Shown here: positions 10,901 to 19,220 of the stretch, in pieces | Position numbering within the stretch: position 1 is the stretch's first letter | Layout of the letters: each line of letters begins with the position of its first letter | NCBI GenBank assembly: GCA_965215195.1 | Contig: CBDCDC010000002.1 | Location: 1,888,001-1,952,000 of the forward strand | Reading direction: 5' to 3' | DNA length: 64,000 bases | DNA from: Candidatus Latescibacterota bacterium | GTDB taxonomy: Bacteria; Latescibacterota; UBA2968; UBA8231 | Notes under the pieces: generated by a model | Databases searched by the model: none | What the model was told of the DNA's origin: nothing | What the model saw: only the letters and a program-made list of their open reading frames with translations | Program-made: the position numbers and the translations under genes

Positions 10901-11256
10901 TAATCGAGCTATATCCCGGCTCTGAGGAGACGCCGAGGGCCATAGGTCTAGTGGAAGAGCTAAGCGAGATCCAAGCGAGCTTTAGCTACAACGAGGCCAT
11001 GAAGCTGTTTGAGGCCAAGGACTACGACCGGGCCGTGCCGGCCCTACAGGGGATTATCCGCGATTATCCCGGCACCCATACCGAGTTGGCCGCGTACTGC
11101 AACTTGGGGCTGGTCTATGAAATCACGCGCCAATGGTCGCAGGCCGTGGAAAACTATCAGGTAGTGGAAGAAAAGGGTGGGGACAAGGCGGAAAACGCCG
11201 ACGTGGTCAGTTTTGCCAAGCTGCACCGGGCGTGGATCGTCGAAAACCGGCTCTAG
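7984..11256 (+). CDS. Large TPR-repeat periplasmic protein (BamD/CpoB-like repeats)
   Basis: 1090 aa with many AxYxLG...A...Y...YP TPR units; N-terminal hydrophobic segment; GGAG RBS upstream. Confidence 0.85.
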   Translation: MILVNLLLIAAVGAAASLSTRFFSPVELQDRFEEGQKLYALGAYDKAIERYEVILSTESNAMINVEDVTVAVDEFILPVRVGATYQLGNTYNKLGLEKLQRSQFLRSEKKEAAADARYDEALQDLNKSRDHFRTLAADERVDNRTRVMAQYQMIQTSYQLKEYEQVIEEGDELLHSFPHSLYEASVHYDRAWSYFELERYAEAIASFKQVLVLAPRGSNADRSLFQIAESYDKLGQYEDALEYLDRLVARYDFAQMTEEEIIEMTTLKLKGLVKETARELVAKAHLKKGDIYARNGEIEKALAAYAVLPAEYAAEPVLVQNSYIRTAELVQKEQGTTAAIAAYKDAIEKVEDKLFQARTQLTVALMLFDQDEYLKSAQEYEIYLNAYGDVAQRIGFDRYKVLFRIAQCHQEYGRQIRSEDPAGADAEIAEARKSYDQLLSQRADNSLIPDVLFNAGFANQLLENDQAAQPLYQRLVDEYPAHPAAPNGLLQLARIAYAASELKRAEAIYTSFLDRFPDSALRNTTRMELGLTYKHLEDTDSAIAAYETVEADWDKWPTVQVELAELYMGKQEYAKARQALSRALGRAGDDTLRGQMHYTLARVHFAEDNFASAIRAWGEAIALNPPAHLLQNSLLARGGAYYEVAKQQDAVGDTAEARTSYEASLEDMKALLEGDPAPQIKDSAFRTLGAGMIRLGRQEEAARYYQELIAASADLQEQATFSMLLTELYYDQQDFVQAEKFARQLLDMQFEDDNQAGYYRKERAYSIIGNALLQQQQYEEAARVFARGLKRYPNSGESGNLAFSKGFAEISYGDYATAAESFRAFVRKYPRNANRIHGQYYLAHSLQALTQFEEAAAAFAALVERHPQSQYEEEALFLIGENYYNEQAFAEAATAYQVLLAKYAQGQYGGSAQYALAWSFVEQEQMEQAVGAMQNLVANYPDSEFAPKAQFTIGDYYYNIQSYDEAMAAYKQVIELYPGSEETPRAIGLVEELSEIQASFSYNEAMKLFEAKDYDRAVPALQGIIRDYPGTHTELAAYCNLGLVYEITRQWSQAVENYQVVEEKGGDKAENADVVSFAKLHRAWIVENRL

Positions 11257-11303
11257 CGAGCTTTCAACGCAACGCAAAGTAGGACACAATACGGGAGGTT
11301 GTA

Positions 11304-11978
11304 ATGGAGCAGAATTTTCTAGTCGACCAGTTTTTCAAGGGCGGGCCGATGATGTGGCCCATGTTGCTCTGCTTGCTGATCGCCCTAGCCATCATCATAG
11401 AACGACTGTGGCGTCTGCTGATGGTCCCGGGCGAACAGGAGGCCGAACAGTATCTCAACAAGGCCGAGGAAGTGCTCAAAAATCAAGGCGAAGGCGGGGC
11501 CGTCGAGCTATTCCGACAGGGCAGCGGCGTACTCAACTTCATCTTCGCCGCCTTGGTGAAGCGCTACGACACCTTAGTGCTGGAAAATCGCACGGACCTA
11601 GAGGACATGCGTCAGGAGTTGATCTTGGCCACGGAGGAGGCCGGCGAGATGTACTTAGGCCGCCTGCTCAACGCGCTCGGCACCATTGGCGTCCTCTCCC
11701 CGCTGATGGGGCTGTTGGGCACGATCATGGGTATGATTCACGCCTTTGACGCGATTGCCCGCGCCGGGGCCGGCGATCCAGCGGCCGTGGCCAGCGGCAT
11801 TTCCGAGGCCCTGATTACGACGGCCAGTGGCCTCATTGTCGCCATTCCGACCATCGTCTTCCACCGCTACCTCTCCGGCCGGGCGGAAAAGGTCTTCAAG
11901 AGCGTGGAGCTGTACTGCCACGCCTTCGCCAATACCCTGCTGGTGCGCTTCCAAGCCGGCCAGCAGGAAGCCAGCTAG
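11304..11978 (+). CDS. exbB: MotA/TolQ/ExbB proton channel protein
   Basis: GGPMMWP N-terminus; LGTIGVLSPLMGLLGTIMGMIHAF and GISEALITTASGLIVAIP motifs; GGAGG RBS. Confidence 0.92.
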   Translation: MEQNFLVDQFFKGGPMMWPMLLCLLIALAIIIERLWRLLMVPGEQEAEQYLNKAEEVLKNQGEGGAVELFRQGSGVLNFIFAALVKRYDTLVLENRTDLEDMRQELILATEEAGEMYLGRLLNALGTIGVLSPLMGLLGTIMGMIHAFDAIARAGAGDPAAVASGISEALITTASGLIVAIPTIVFHRYLSGRAEKVFKSVELYCHAFANTLLVRFQAGQQEAS

Positions 11979-11994
11979 GCAGAGAGACGCTGCA

Positions 11995-12414
11995 ATGCGG
12001 CAGAGACGAAAGAGCGGATTCGGCAAAAGCGCCTTCAAGGCCTCGGAGAATCCAGATCTGACTCCGCTGATCAACTGCATGTTCTTGCTGTTGGTTTTCT
12101 TTATGGTGGCGACCACTTTCGTCAACCCCAAGGGTCTGAGCGTAGATCTGCCGGGCGGCGAAGGCGAGTCGCGCGCGACCAAGGACATGAACATCGTGAT
12201 CGACCCAGACCAGACGATCCAAGTCAACGGCGAGGTCACGGACAAGGCGCGATTGGCCGAGAAGATCCGTCAGGTCATAGCAGCCGACAACACCAAGAAC
12301 GTGATCTTGGAGTCCGCGCGTTCCGTGCCTCACGCCTATGTGGTGCAGGTGATGGACATCGCCCGCGGCGAGGGCATTGAGGCCATTGCTTTCGCCAAGA
12401 GTGGAGAAGGATGA
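11995..12414 (+). CDS. exbD: ExbD/TolR family protein, variant with Asn at the conserved transmembrane Asp
   Basis: ATG at 11995 is in frame with the listed ORF; DLTPLINCMFLLLVFFMVATTF; C-terminal VVQVMDIARGEGI. Confidence 0.88.
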   Translation: MRQRRKSGFGKSAFKASENPDLTPLINCMFLLLVFFMVATTFVNPKGLSVDLPGGEGESRATKDMNIVIDPDQTIQVNGEVTDKARLAEKIRQVIAADNTKNVILESARSVPHAYVVQVMDIARGEGIEAIAFAKSGEG

Positions 12415-12839
12415 GCGGCATGGCTAAACGGAGGCAGTCGCTGGCCGAAAAAGCCGGCGAATTTGAACTGAACCTGACGCCGATGATAGACGCAGTGTTC
12501 CTGCTACTGATCTTCTTTATGACCACCACGGTCTTCGTCAAGGCCACTCAGGTCAAGATCGAGTTGCCCGACTCGGTCCAATACGACCAGCTAAAAGCAG
12601 AGAAGAAGCTGAATCTGCGCATCTCGAGCGAGGGCCAGCTCGAGATCAACGGGCAGCTCGTGGCCATGGGGCAGCTAGCCGGCTGGCTAGAGCGCGAGAA
12701 GATCCGCACCGGCTCTTCAACGCTGATTATCACCGCAGACGCCAATGCCGCGCACGGCCATATCATCGACGCGATGGAAACGGCCACCATGGCCGGCGTC
12801 GAACAGATCGACATTGAAACCGAGGAACCAACCAATTGA
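12411..12839 (+). CDS. exbD: ExbD/TolR family protein (canonical Asp)
   Basis: LNLTPMIDAVFLLLIFFMTTTVF; ITADANAAHG; ATGA overlap with the upstream exbD. Confidence 0.92.
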   Translation: MSGMAKRRQSLAEKAGEFELNLTPMIDAVFLLLIFFMTTTVFVKATQVKIELPDSVQYDQLKAEKKLNLRISSEGQLEINGQLVAMGQLAGWLEREKIRTGSSTLIITADANAAHGHIIDAMETATMAGVEQIDIETEEPTN

Positions 12840-12870
12840 CGGTAGCTAGCAAAAAGGGAGTTGCAATTTT

Positions 12871-13638
12871 ATGAGAGCGAGGTATGTGGCACTCCTCGGC
12901 TTAGTGGCGCTCGGGCTGGTCTGGAGCTGCGGGGGGCTGGTGCCGCCCCAACTCGTGTACGACCTGCACGTGATGCCCGTCCTGCCCGAGGGCCGCGGCG
13001 ATTACACCATCGACCCGGACGACAGCTCGATGGTCTTTAGCAAAGAGGGGCTTTTGATCCGGGTGCGGCACCTGAGCGACCCCGAGCTCAACGAGCGCTT
13101 CCCACCTCTGTACGACGGTCGCCACGTCAATCCCTACACCCGGGACGACATCGATCCCGAAAAGGGCTATACCCCCCCGCAGTTCACCGTCTTTGACGTC
13201 GAGGTCATAAACAAGACCTATGCGAAGATCGAATTCGATCCGGCCAAGGCGACCATGGAATCGGGCGGCGAGACCTATCGCTACTACGATCCCGGGCGCG
13301 AGGGGGCGGTCGTGTTGGGGGGCAACAGCTTCACCAAGTACTACAAAATGGAGCTGGGCACTTCGGGTAACGAGCGCGAAATCAACTTGGAGCGCATGGG
13401 CATTATCTACAAGACGGTCTTTCACCGCCATCGACCGATCTTCCGCGATAGCAGCCAAAAGGGCATGTTGGTCTTTGATCCGTTGCTGCCGGAAAACGAC
13501 GAGTTGCTGCTCACCTTCCGCGAATTCGTGCTTTCGTTTGACGCCAGCGGCAATCCAGAAGAGACCATTGACGTCGAGTTCCGCTTTGCGGTGAACCAAG
13601 GAACGAGGGAAAAGGCCAGAGCGGACGGGGCGGGTTGA
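12871..13638 (+). CDS. Uncharacterised lipoprotein (paralog of 1057..1836)
   Basis: Lipobox VWSC; collinear motifs with the 1057 ORF. Confidence 0.75.
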   Translation: MRARYVALLGLVALGLVWSCGGLVPPQLVYDLHVMPVLPEGRGDYTIDPDDSSMVFSKEGLLIRVRHLSDPELNERFPPLYDGRHVNPYTRDDIDPEKGYTPPQFTVFDVEVINKTYAKIEFDPAKATMESGGETYRYYDPGREGAVVLGGNSFTKYYKMELGTSGNEREINLERMGIIYKTVFHRHRPIFRDSSQKGMLVFDPLLPENDELLLTFREFVLSFDASGNPEETIDVEFRFAVNQGTREKARADGAG

Positions 13639-13693
13639 GTCCCCGGCACTGCTTCTGCATCTGGATAGCGCGTATGGCAGGATGGCTCATTGC

Positions 13694-13727
13694 GAGGAGC
13701 TGGACCTTCCGTCTAGCTCCTCTTTTT
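13694..13727 (+). terminator. Putative intrinsic terminator
   Basis: GAGGAGCTGGAC-CTTCC-GTCTAGCTCCTC forms a 12-bp stem (one G-U pair) followed by TTTTT. Confidence 0.75.
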
Positions 13728-15383
13728 ATGCACAAACCGCTGTTGGCCGGGCTAATCGTCGGGGCCGGCATTAGCTGCGGCACCGAGCGGCCGGACGACG
13801 CCCATCTGCTGGCTGAGGTCGGGGAGGTCGAAATTACTGCGGCCGATCTGCGCGCCTTTGAGGCCAATCTCAAAGTGACCGCCACGCGCTCGCAGCACCG
13901 GGACAATTTGCAGACGCTCATTGACCGCCAAGTGTTGCTTTTGGCGGCCAACGAGCGGGGGTTGCAGCGCGACGAAGCGGTCTTAGCCGAGCTCGCCCAG
14001 CGCGAAACCAAGGCCCTCGCCGACGCCATGTTGCGGCGCAACGTCGCGGACAAGGTCGCGGTTAGTGAGGACGACATCGCAAAAGCCTACGCGCGGCCGG
14101 GGTGGGGCGAAAAGGTCGTCACCATGGAGATCTTTGTGCCCAACCGGGAACAGGCGCGTCAGGTGCAGGCGCTTTTGGCGCAGGGCGCGGACTTTGCCGA
14201 AGTAGGTCGTCAATTCGCGGCCGATCCCTATTACGGCGTACATACCGGCGAAATCCGGCGGCTGGCCTATTCGCCCTTCGACAGCCCCCGCGCCCTAGCC
14301 CAAGCGGTCTTTGCCCTGCCCGTGGGCGGCGCGACCGAGCCGCTTCCCTTGCACGGCGGCTTCGTCATCGCCAAAGTGGCCGAGCGCGGCCGCGCTGAAT
14401 TGGTCGAGGTCGAAGAAGGCATCCGCGAGGCACTCCACGACGAGCAGCAAAAGCAACTGCGCGAATCGTACCTGCGGCACCTCAAGTGGGATTTGGACAC
14501 GGTTTTTGACGCCGAGGGCATGGATATAGTGGTCGGCGTCTTACAGGGCGCGGTCCGCTATGCGGATTTGGACGCGGCCCAGCGCCAGCACCCGGTCTAT
14601 GCTTTCGAGGGCTTGCAGATGGATGTGGCCGAGGTGGTAGAGGCCGTGCGGCCAGCGGGCCAACTGTGGCCCGAAGCCACAGCCGACTCCGTCAACGAGA
14701 AGTTATCTGAGAGTCACTTCCCCACCCGCATCATGGCCCACGACGCCCGGCGCAAGGGCCTCGATAAAACCGCGGCTTTTGTGCGGTCGCAGGCTCTGGC
14801 GTTGGGCAACCTGATGCTGATAAAGCTGCGCGAGCAAATTTTGGCCGAGGCGCCCGAGCCGACCGAGGACGACCTACGGGCCTTCTACGAGGAGCACAAG
14901 CGCCGCTTCCGCAGCCCGCCCCACGCGCAATTGGAGGAAATTTTGCTCGAAACCCCGAGCGAGGCGCGCCAGATCGCGGCTCAGATTGAGGCGGGTGCCG
15001 AGTGGGCGGAGCTAGCCCGCGCCCACAGCCGGCGGCGCAACGCCGAAGACGGCCTCCTGTACGTCTCTCAATCACAGGCCCCCTTTTTGGGGGAGGCGTG
15101 GATGAACGCGGTGATGAACGCCGAGCTGCACCAGCTCCAAGGGCCGATCCAAGCGAGGGGAGGCTATTCGCTCTTCCGGGTCATTGAACGATACCCAGAG
15201 ATTTATCACGGCCTAGCGCTAGAGCGGGTGCGAAAGGCAGTGGTGCGGGACGTGCGGGAGCGCATTGAGCGGGAGTATTTCAACGCCTATCTGCGGGATT
15301 TGCGCCAAAAATACGCCGCGCAGATCGACGTGCATGAAGAGCACCTGCGGTACTTGGACGACGAGAGCAAACGAGGGGAGTGA
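13728..15383 (+). CDS. SurA/PpiC-like peptidyl-prolyl isomerase lipoprotein with two parvulin-like domains
   Basis: Probable start MHKPLLAGLIVGAGISC (lipobox); LAEVGEVEIT, GADFAEVGRQF, GAEWAELARAHS and GPIQARGGYSLFRV motifs. Confidence 0.75.
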   Translation: MHKPLLAGLIVGAGISCGTERPDDAHLLAEVGEVEITAADLRAFEANLKVTATRSQHRDNLQTLIDRQVLLLAANERGLQRDEAVLAELAQRETKALADAMLRRNVADKVAVSEDDIAKAYARPGWGEKVVTMEIFVPNREQARQVQALLAQGADFAEVGRQFAADPYYGVHTGEIRRLAYSPFDSPRALAQAVFALPVGGATEPLPLHGGFVIAKVAERGRAELVEVEEGIREALHDEQQKQLRESYLRHLKWDLDTVFDAEGMDIVVGVLQGAVRYADLDAAQRQHPVYAFEGLQMDVAEVVEAVRPAGQLWPEATADSVNEKLSESHFPTRIMAHDARRKGLDKTAAFVRSQALALGNLMLIKLREQILAEAPEPTEDDLRAFYEEHKRRFRSPPHAQLEEILLETPSEARQIAAQIEAGAEWAELARAHSRRRNAEDGLLYVSQSQAPFLGEAWMNAVMNAELHQLQGPIQARGGYSLFRVIERYPEIYHGLALERVRKAVVRDVRERIEREYFNAYLRDLRQKYAAQIDVHEEHLRYLDDESKRGE

Positions 15384-15386
15384 TTT

Positions 15387-17366
15387 TTGTCGCCGGCCAA
15401 CGCCCAAGAGCGCTTCGCGGTCATGCCCGCGGACGCCCCCTTTGAACCGGGTTTTAATGCAAAGACCCTGTGGGCCGCGCTCTTCGTCGGCTTCGTGATG
15501 CTGCCGGGCGCGATTTACCTCGGGCTGGTGACCGGCATGAGCATGGCCGGGGGCGCCGAATGGGTGACCCTGATTCTGTTTATCGAAATGGCCAAGCGCA
15601 CCTTCGTGTCCCTGCGGACTCAGGAAATCATCATCCTCTACTGGGTGGCCGGCGGCTTGGTGATGATGGGCGGCAAGCTGGGCACCGGGGCCGACCTCTT
15701 CGGCGGCCCATTCGGCGTGTTGATCTGGGATCAATATCTGATCCAATCGCCCCAAGCCGACGGACTGGCCGAACACATTCCGACTTGGGTCGTGCCCCCG
15801 CGTGGCTCAGAGGCCCTCTTAGAGCGCAGCTTCCTATACAGCGCGTGGCTCAAGCCCATTGCCATCCTCCTCTGCGCCGTGGCATTGCAGCGGGTCAATG
15901 CCCTGTCGTTGGGCTACGTGCTCTTCCGCATTACCCACGACATCGAGCGCCTGCCCTTTCCCATGGCCTATGTGCAAGCCGGCGGCGCGACCGCCCTCGC
16001 CGAGACCTCGGCCAAGCAGGAGGGCTGGCGCTGGCACGTGTTCAGCACCGGGGCCTTTATCGGGGCGGTGTGGGGCGTATTCTACGTGGTGGTGCCAACC
16101 CTGTCGTCGGTCTTTTTGACCGAGACCGTGTCGATTTTGCCGATTCCCTTCATCGACTTCACCGTGCCGCTAAAGGCGGTTTTGCCAGCCGCGGTCATCG
16201 GCTTGGCCACGGATTTGATCCACGTGCTATTCGGCCTCGTGCTGCCGTTCTGGGTCGTAGTAGGGGTATTTTCCTCGTCGATCTTGGTCAACTTGGTCGC
16301 CAACCCCATCCTCTATGCCTACGGCATCCTGCACACTTGGGAGCCGGGCATGTCGTCGATCCCCACCCAGATCGCCAATACCTTTGACTTCTGGCTCAGC
16401 TTTTCGCTGGGCGGGGCCATCGTGGTTGCGGCCATGGGCTTTTATACGGCGGGCAAGGTCTTGCTCGCCGTCGGCAAAGCGCGTGCGCCGACCCGGGAGG
16501 TCCACCCCGAGCGCGGCGACATCCGCATTGCCGTGGCCTTGGGAATCTGGGCGGTGAGTACGCTGGGCTTTGTGCTGATGGTGTACTATTTGGTGCCCGA
16601 TTTTCCCTGGTGGATCACCGCGCTCTTCGGCTTTGTGTGGACGCCGATCTACTCGTACATCGGCACGCGGATGATCGGCCTGACCGGGTCGCCGCAGGGA
16701 GTGACCTTTCCCTACCTGCGCGAGGCCAGCTTCTATTTGTCCGGCTATCAAGGGGCCGGGATCTGGTTCGCGCCGGTGCCGATCTTCCAGTGGGGCTACG
16801 AGGCGCAGGTGTTCAAGCAGCTAGAGCTGACGCGCACTCGCTTTGGCAGCATCGTCAAGATGACGGCCCTGACCTTGGCCGTCATGTTCGCGTGTAGCTT
16901 CCTGTTCTGGTCGCTGATATGGAAATTAGGACCAATACCCTCCTCGGCGTACCCTTTCGTGCAAAAGATGTGGCCCTTTCACGCCACCATGCAGGCGTTC
17001 TGGGCCAAATCAACCCTGCCCGGCGCGGGCCAGAGCTTGGTGACGCAAATCATTCGCTGGGATTACATCGGGGTTGGGCTGGCCTTTAGCGGCGCATTGT
17101 ACGCGCTGCTGAGCGCACTCAGTGCGCCGTTGGGGATCTTCTATGGTTTTGTCGCTGGCTTGGGTGGCTGGCCGCACTTTGCCATCCTCAACTTCGTCGG
17201 CGCTCTGCTGGGCCGCTTCTACTTGCAAAAGCGCTTTGGCCCGGAGCGCTGGTACGCGTACGCGCCCATCGTGCTGGCCGGGTACTCGTGCGGCGTGGGC
17301 CTGATTGGCATGACGTCCATTGCCATTGCGCTGATTTCCAAGGCCGTGTCCCAAGTCGTGTTCTGA
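15387..17366 (+). CDS. OPT-like (oligopeptide transporter superfamily) polytopic membrane protein
   Basis: 659 aa with many TM helices; HDIERLPFP motif; MLPGAIYLGL...AEWVTLILF N-terminus. Start is uncertain (15387 TTG or 15423 ATG). Confidence 0.65.
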   Translation: MSPANAQERFAVMPADAPFEPGFNAKTLWAALFVGFVMLPGAIYLGLVTGMSMAGGAEWVTLILFIEMAKRTFVSLRTQEIIILYWVAGGLVMMGGKLGTGADLFGGPFGVLIWDQYLIQSPQADGLAEHIPTWVVPPRGSEALLERSFLYSAWLKPIAILLCAVALQRVNALSLGYVLFRITHDIERLPFPMAYVQAGGATALAETSAKQEGWRWHVFSTGAFIGAVWGVFYVVVPTLSSVFLTETVSILPIPFIDFTVPLKAVLPAAVIGLATDLIHVLFGLVLPFWVVVGVFSSSILVNLVANPILYAYGILHTWEPGMSSIPTQIANTFDFWLSFSLGGAIVVAAMGFYTAGKVLLAVGKARAPTREVHPERGDIRIAVALGIWAVSTLGFVLMVYYLVPDFPWWITALFGFVWTPIYSYIGTRMIGLTGSPQGVTFPYLREASFYLSGYQGAGIWFAPVPIFQWGYEAQVFKQLELTRTRFGSIVKMTALTLAVMFACSFLFWSLIWKLGPIPSSAYPFVQKMWPFHATMQAFWAKSTLPGAGQSLVTQIIRWDYIGVGLAFSGALYALLSALSAPLGIFYGFVAGLGGWPHFAILNFVGALLGRFYLQKRFGPERWYAYAPIVLAGYSCGVGLIGMTSIAIALISKAVSQVVF

Positions 17367-17377
17367 GGGGTCGCACG

Positions 17378-18208
17378 GTGAGGCGCACACTGGTGTGCAT
17401 GGCCCTGTGGGCACTTGGTTGCGGCCAAAAGGACCCGGGGCAAGTGAGCGGGGGCCGCGTGGTTGCGCCCGCCCCGTCCGGCGAGGTTCCTGCTGCCGAA
17501 AATTCTACTCCAGCCGCCGAGGTCAACAAAGCCGATCACGCCATGGTCCTCGTGCCCGAGGGTCTCTTTGTGATGGGTTGGGACGCGGGCGACCCGGATG
17601 AGCAGCCGCCGCACCAAGTTTTTCTCTCCGCGTACTACATCGACCAGTTCGAGGTCACCCTAGGGCTGTACCGGCGCTGCGTGGAGGCCGACGCCTGCGA
17701 AGCACCGGCCTACGCCCCTAGCTGCAACTACGATGGCTTTGCCGACGACACCCATCCCATCAACTGCGTGAACCGCCAAAACGCGCTCGACTATTGCGCG
17801 TGGGCTGGCCTGCGGCTGCCGACCGAAGCCGAATGGGAGAAGGCCGCACGCGGCACTGACGGGCGCACGTACCCTTGGGGGTACGAGTTAGCCGGCGACG
17901 AGGCCAACTTTCGCTTCATCGCCGGCGCGACCGAGCCGGTGGGCAGCCGGCCGGCCGGCGCGTCGCCTTATGGGGCACACGACATGGCGGGCAACGTGTG
18001 GGAGTGGGTGGCCGATTGGTACGGGGACGCGTACTATGCAGAGAGTCCGCGGGACAATCCGCAAGGGCCGTTGCGCGGGGAGTTCGGGGTGCTGCGGGGT
18101 GGGTCGTGGTGGTTTGAAAAGGAGTCCCTGCCGGCGGCGAATCGGGAAGCCTATCATCCGCAGTTGACCGATATAGATATTGGGTTCCGCTGTGCGCGGG
18201 ATTTTTGA
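17378..18208 (+). CDS. FGE-sulfatase (SUMF1-like) domain lipoprotein
   Basis: GTG start then ALGC lipobox; FVMG, PPHQV, RLPTEAEWEKAARG, DMAGNVWEW, RGGSW and GFRCARD motifs. The catalytic Cys pair after RGGS is absent. Confidence 0.88.
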   Translation: MRRTLVCMALWALGCGQKDPGQVSGGRVVAPAPSGEVPAAENSTPAAEVNKADHAMVLVPEGLFVMGWDAGDPDEQPPHQVFLSAYYIDQFEVTLGLYRRCVEADACEAPAYAPSCNYDGFADDTHPINCVNRQNALDYCAWAGLRLPTEAEWEKAARGTDGRTYPWGYELAGDEANFRFIAGATEPVGSRPAGASPYGAHDMAGNVWEWVADWYGDAYYAESPRDNPQGPLRGEFGVLRGGSWWFEKESLPAANREAYHPQLTDIDIGFRCARDF

Positions 18209-18275
18209 GCCGTGTGTTAGAAATCTGGGAGCAGCCGCACGATGGCCCCCAAGGGTTTTCAGGCCGCTTCTTAGG

Positions 18276-19043
18276 TTGACCTTGCCATTGTTCGTGGCGC
18301 TGGCGGGCTGTGGCAAAAGCCCGGTAGCACCGGTCGTCTTGGAAGAGGGCGTTGTCATTGCGTCGCCGGCCGATATCGCGGCCCTTGGGGAAAGAGGGGG
18401 CCCTGCGTACATCATCGACGGCGACTTGCAGATCGTTGGGAGCAGCTTAGTCGCGCTGACCGGCTTGGAAGGGCTGAGGCGCGTCGAGGGCAGCGTCGAG
18501 ATTTGGTTTAACGACCGCTTGGAAAGCCTAGCGGGGCTGGAAGGGCTTGAAAGCGTCGGAGCGGGGCTAGGTCCGGCCGCCGCACCACCGCCCTTGCCCG
18601 CGCCGGCGGCCGGCAAAGTCGCTCACGTGGTGGAAGGGCTGTTGATCTTTGAAAACAAGGCCCTGCGCTCGCTCAAAGGGCTGGAAAACTTGGCCTCTGT
18701 TAGTGGGGGCTTGGCGCTCGTCCGCAATGAATCGCTTGCGTCCCTGACGGACATGCCGCGGCTCGTGGAGATCGAAGGCAGCGTGGACATCTGGTTCAAC
18801 GACGCGCTGCAAAGCCTAGAGGGCCTGCACTACTTGGCGAGAGTGCGGGATTTTTTGGAAGTCAGCGGCAACGATGCGCTGCAAAGCCTCAACGGGTTGC
18901 GCGGCATCGTCCACGTGGGGGCGGATTTGATCGTCAGCAACAACGCGCTGCTGCCCCAATCCGAGGTGTGGGTCTTTGCCGAGCGAATGATCGCCGAGGG
19001 ATTTGCCGGGGCGGTGATCGTCGGGGGCAATCGAGCTGATTAG
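18276..19043 (+). CDS. Receptor-L-domain / LRR-like repeat lipoprotein
   Basis: LAGC lipobox; repeated LxSLxGLExLxxVxGxLxIxxN units. Start is uncertain. Confidence 0.75.
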   Translation: MTLPLFVALAGCGKSPVAPVVLEEGVVIASPADIAALGERGGPAYIIDGDLQIVGSSLVALTGLEGLRRVEGSVEIWFNDRLESLAGLEGLESVGAGLGPAAAPPPLPAPAAGKVAHVVEGLLIFENKALRSLKGLENLASVSGGLALVRNESLASLTDMPRLVEIEGSVDIWFNDALQSLEGLHYLARVRDFLEVSGNDALQSLNGLRGIVHVGADLIVSNNALLPQSEVWVFAERMIAEGFAGAVIVGGNRAD

Positions 19044-19170
19044 TGGTCAGTCCCCCACGGCCGCGCCGAGGGAGCGGGATACCCATTGGAGCTTTCGTGG
19101 GAATGACGGAGGGCTGCTCCGGCTTGACACGACCCAAGCGCATTTCGCGCTCGCCGCAGGCCCAGCGCTT

Positions 19171-19220
19171 CCTCATTTGCGAATGAGGCGGATGAGTTGC
19201 GGAAATTCGCAATTCCATCC
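19171..19220. terminator. Two adjacent hairpins between convergent genes
   Basis: CCTCATT-TGCG-AATGAGG (19171-19188) and GGATGAGTTGCG-GAAATT-CGCAATTCCATCC (19190-19220); no U-tract. Confidence 0.45.

Noticed and set aside
11304-12839. Assignment as Tol-Pal (tolQR) or a flagellar stator
   Set aside because: No tolA, tolB or pal nearby, and the ExbD-like proteins lack an OmpA-like peptidoglycan-binding domain.
17378-18208. FGE-fold protein as a diversity-generating retroelement target
   Set aside because: No reverse transcriptase and no second copy of its 3' end (template repeat) seen in the window.
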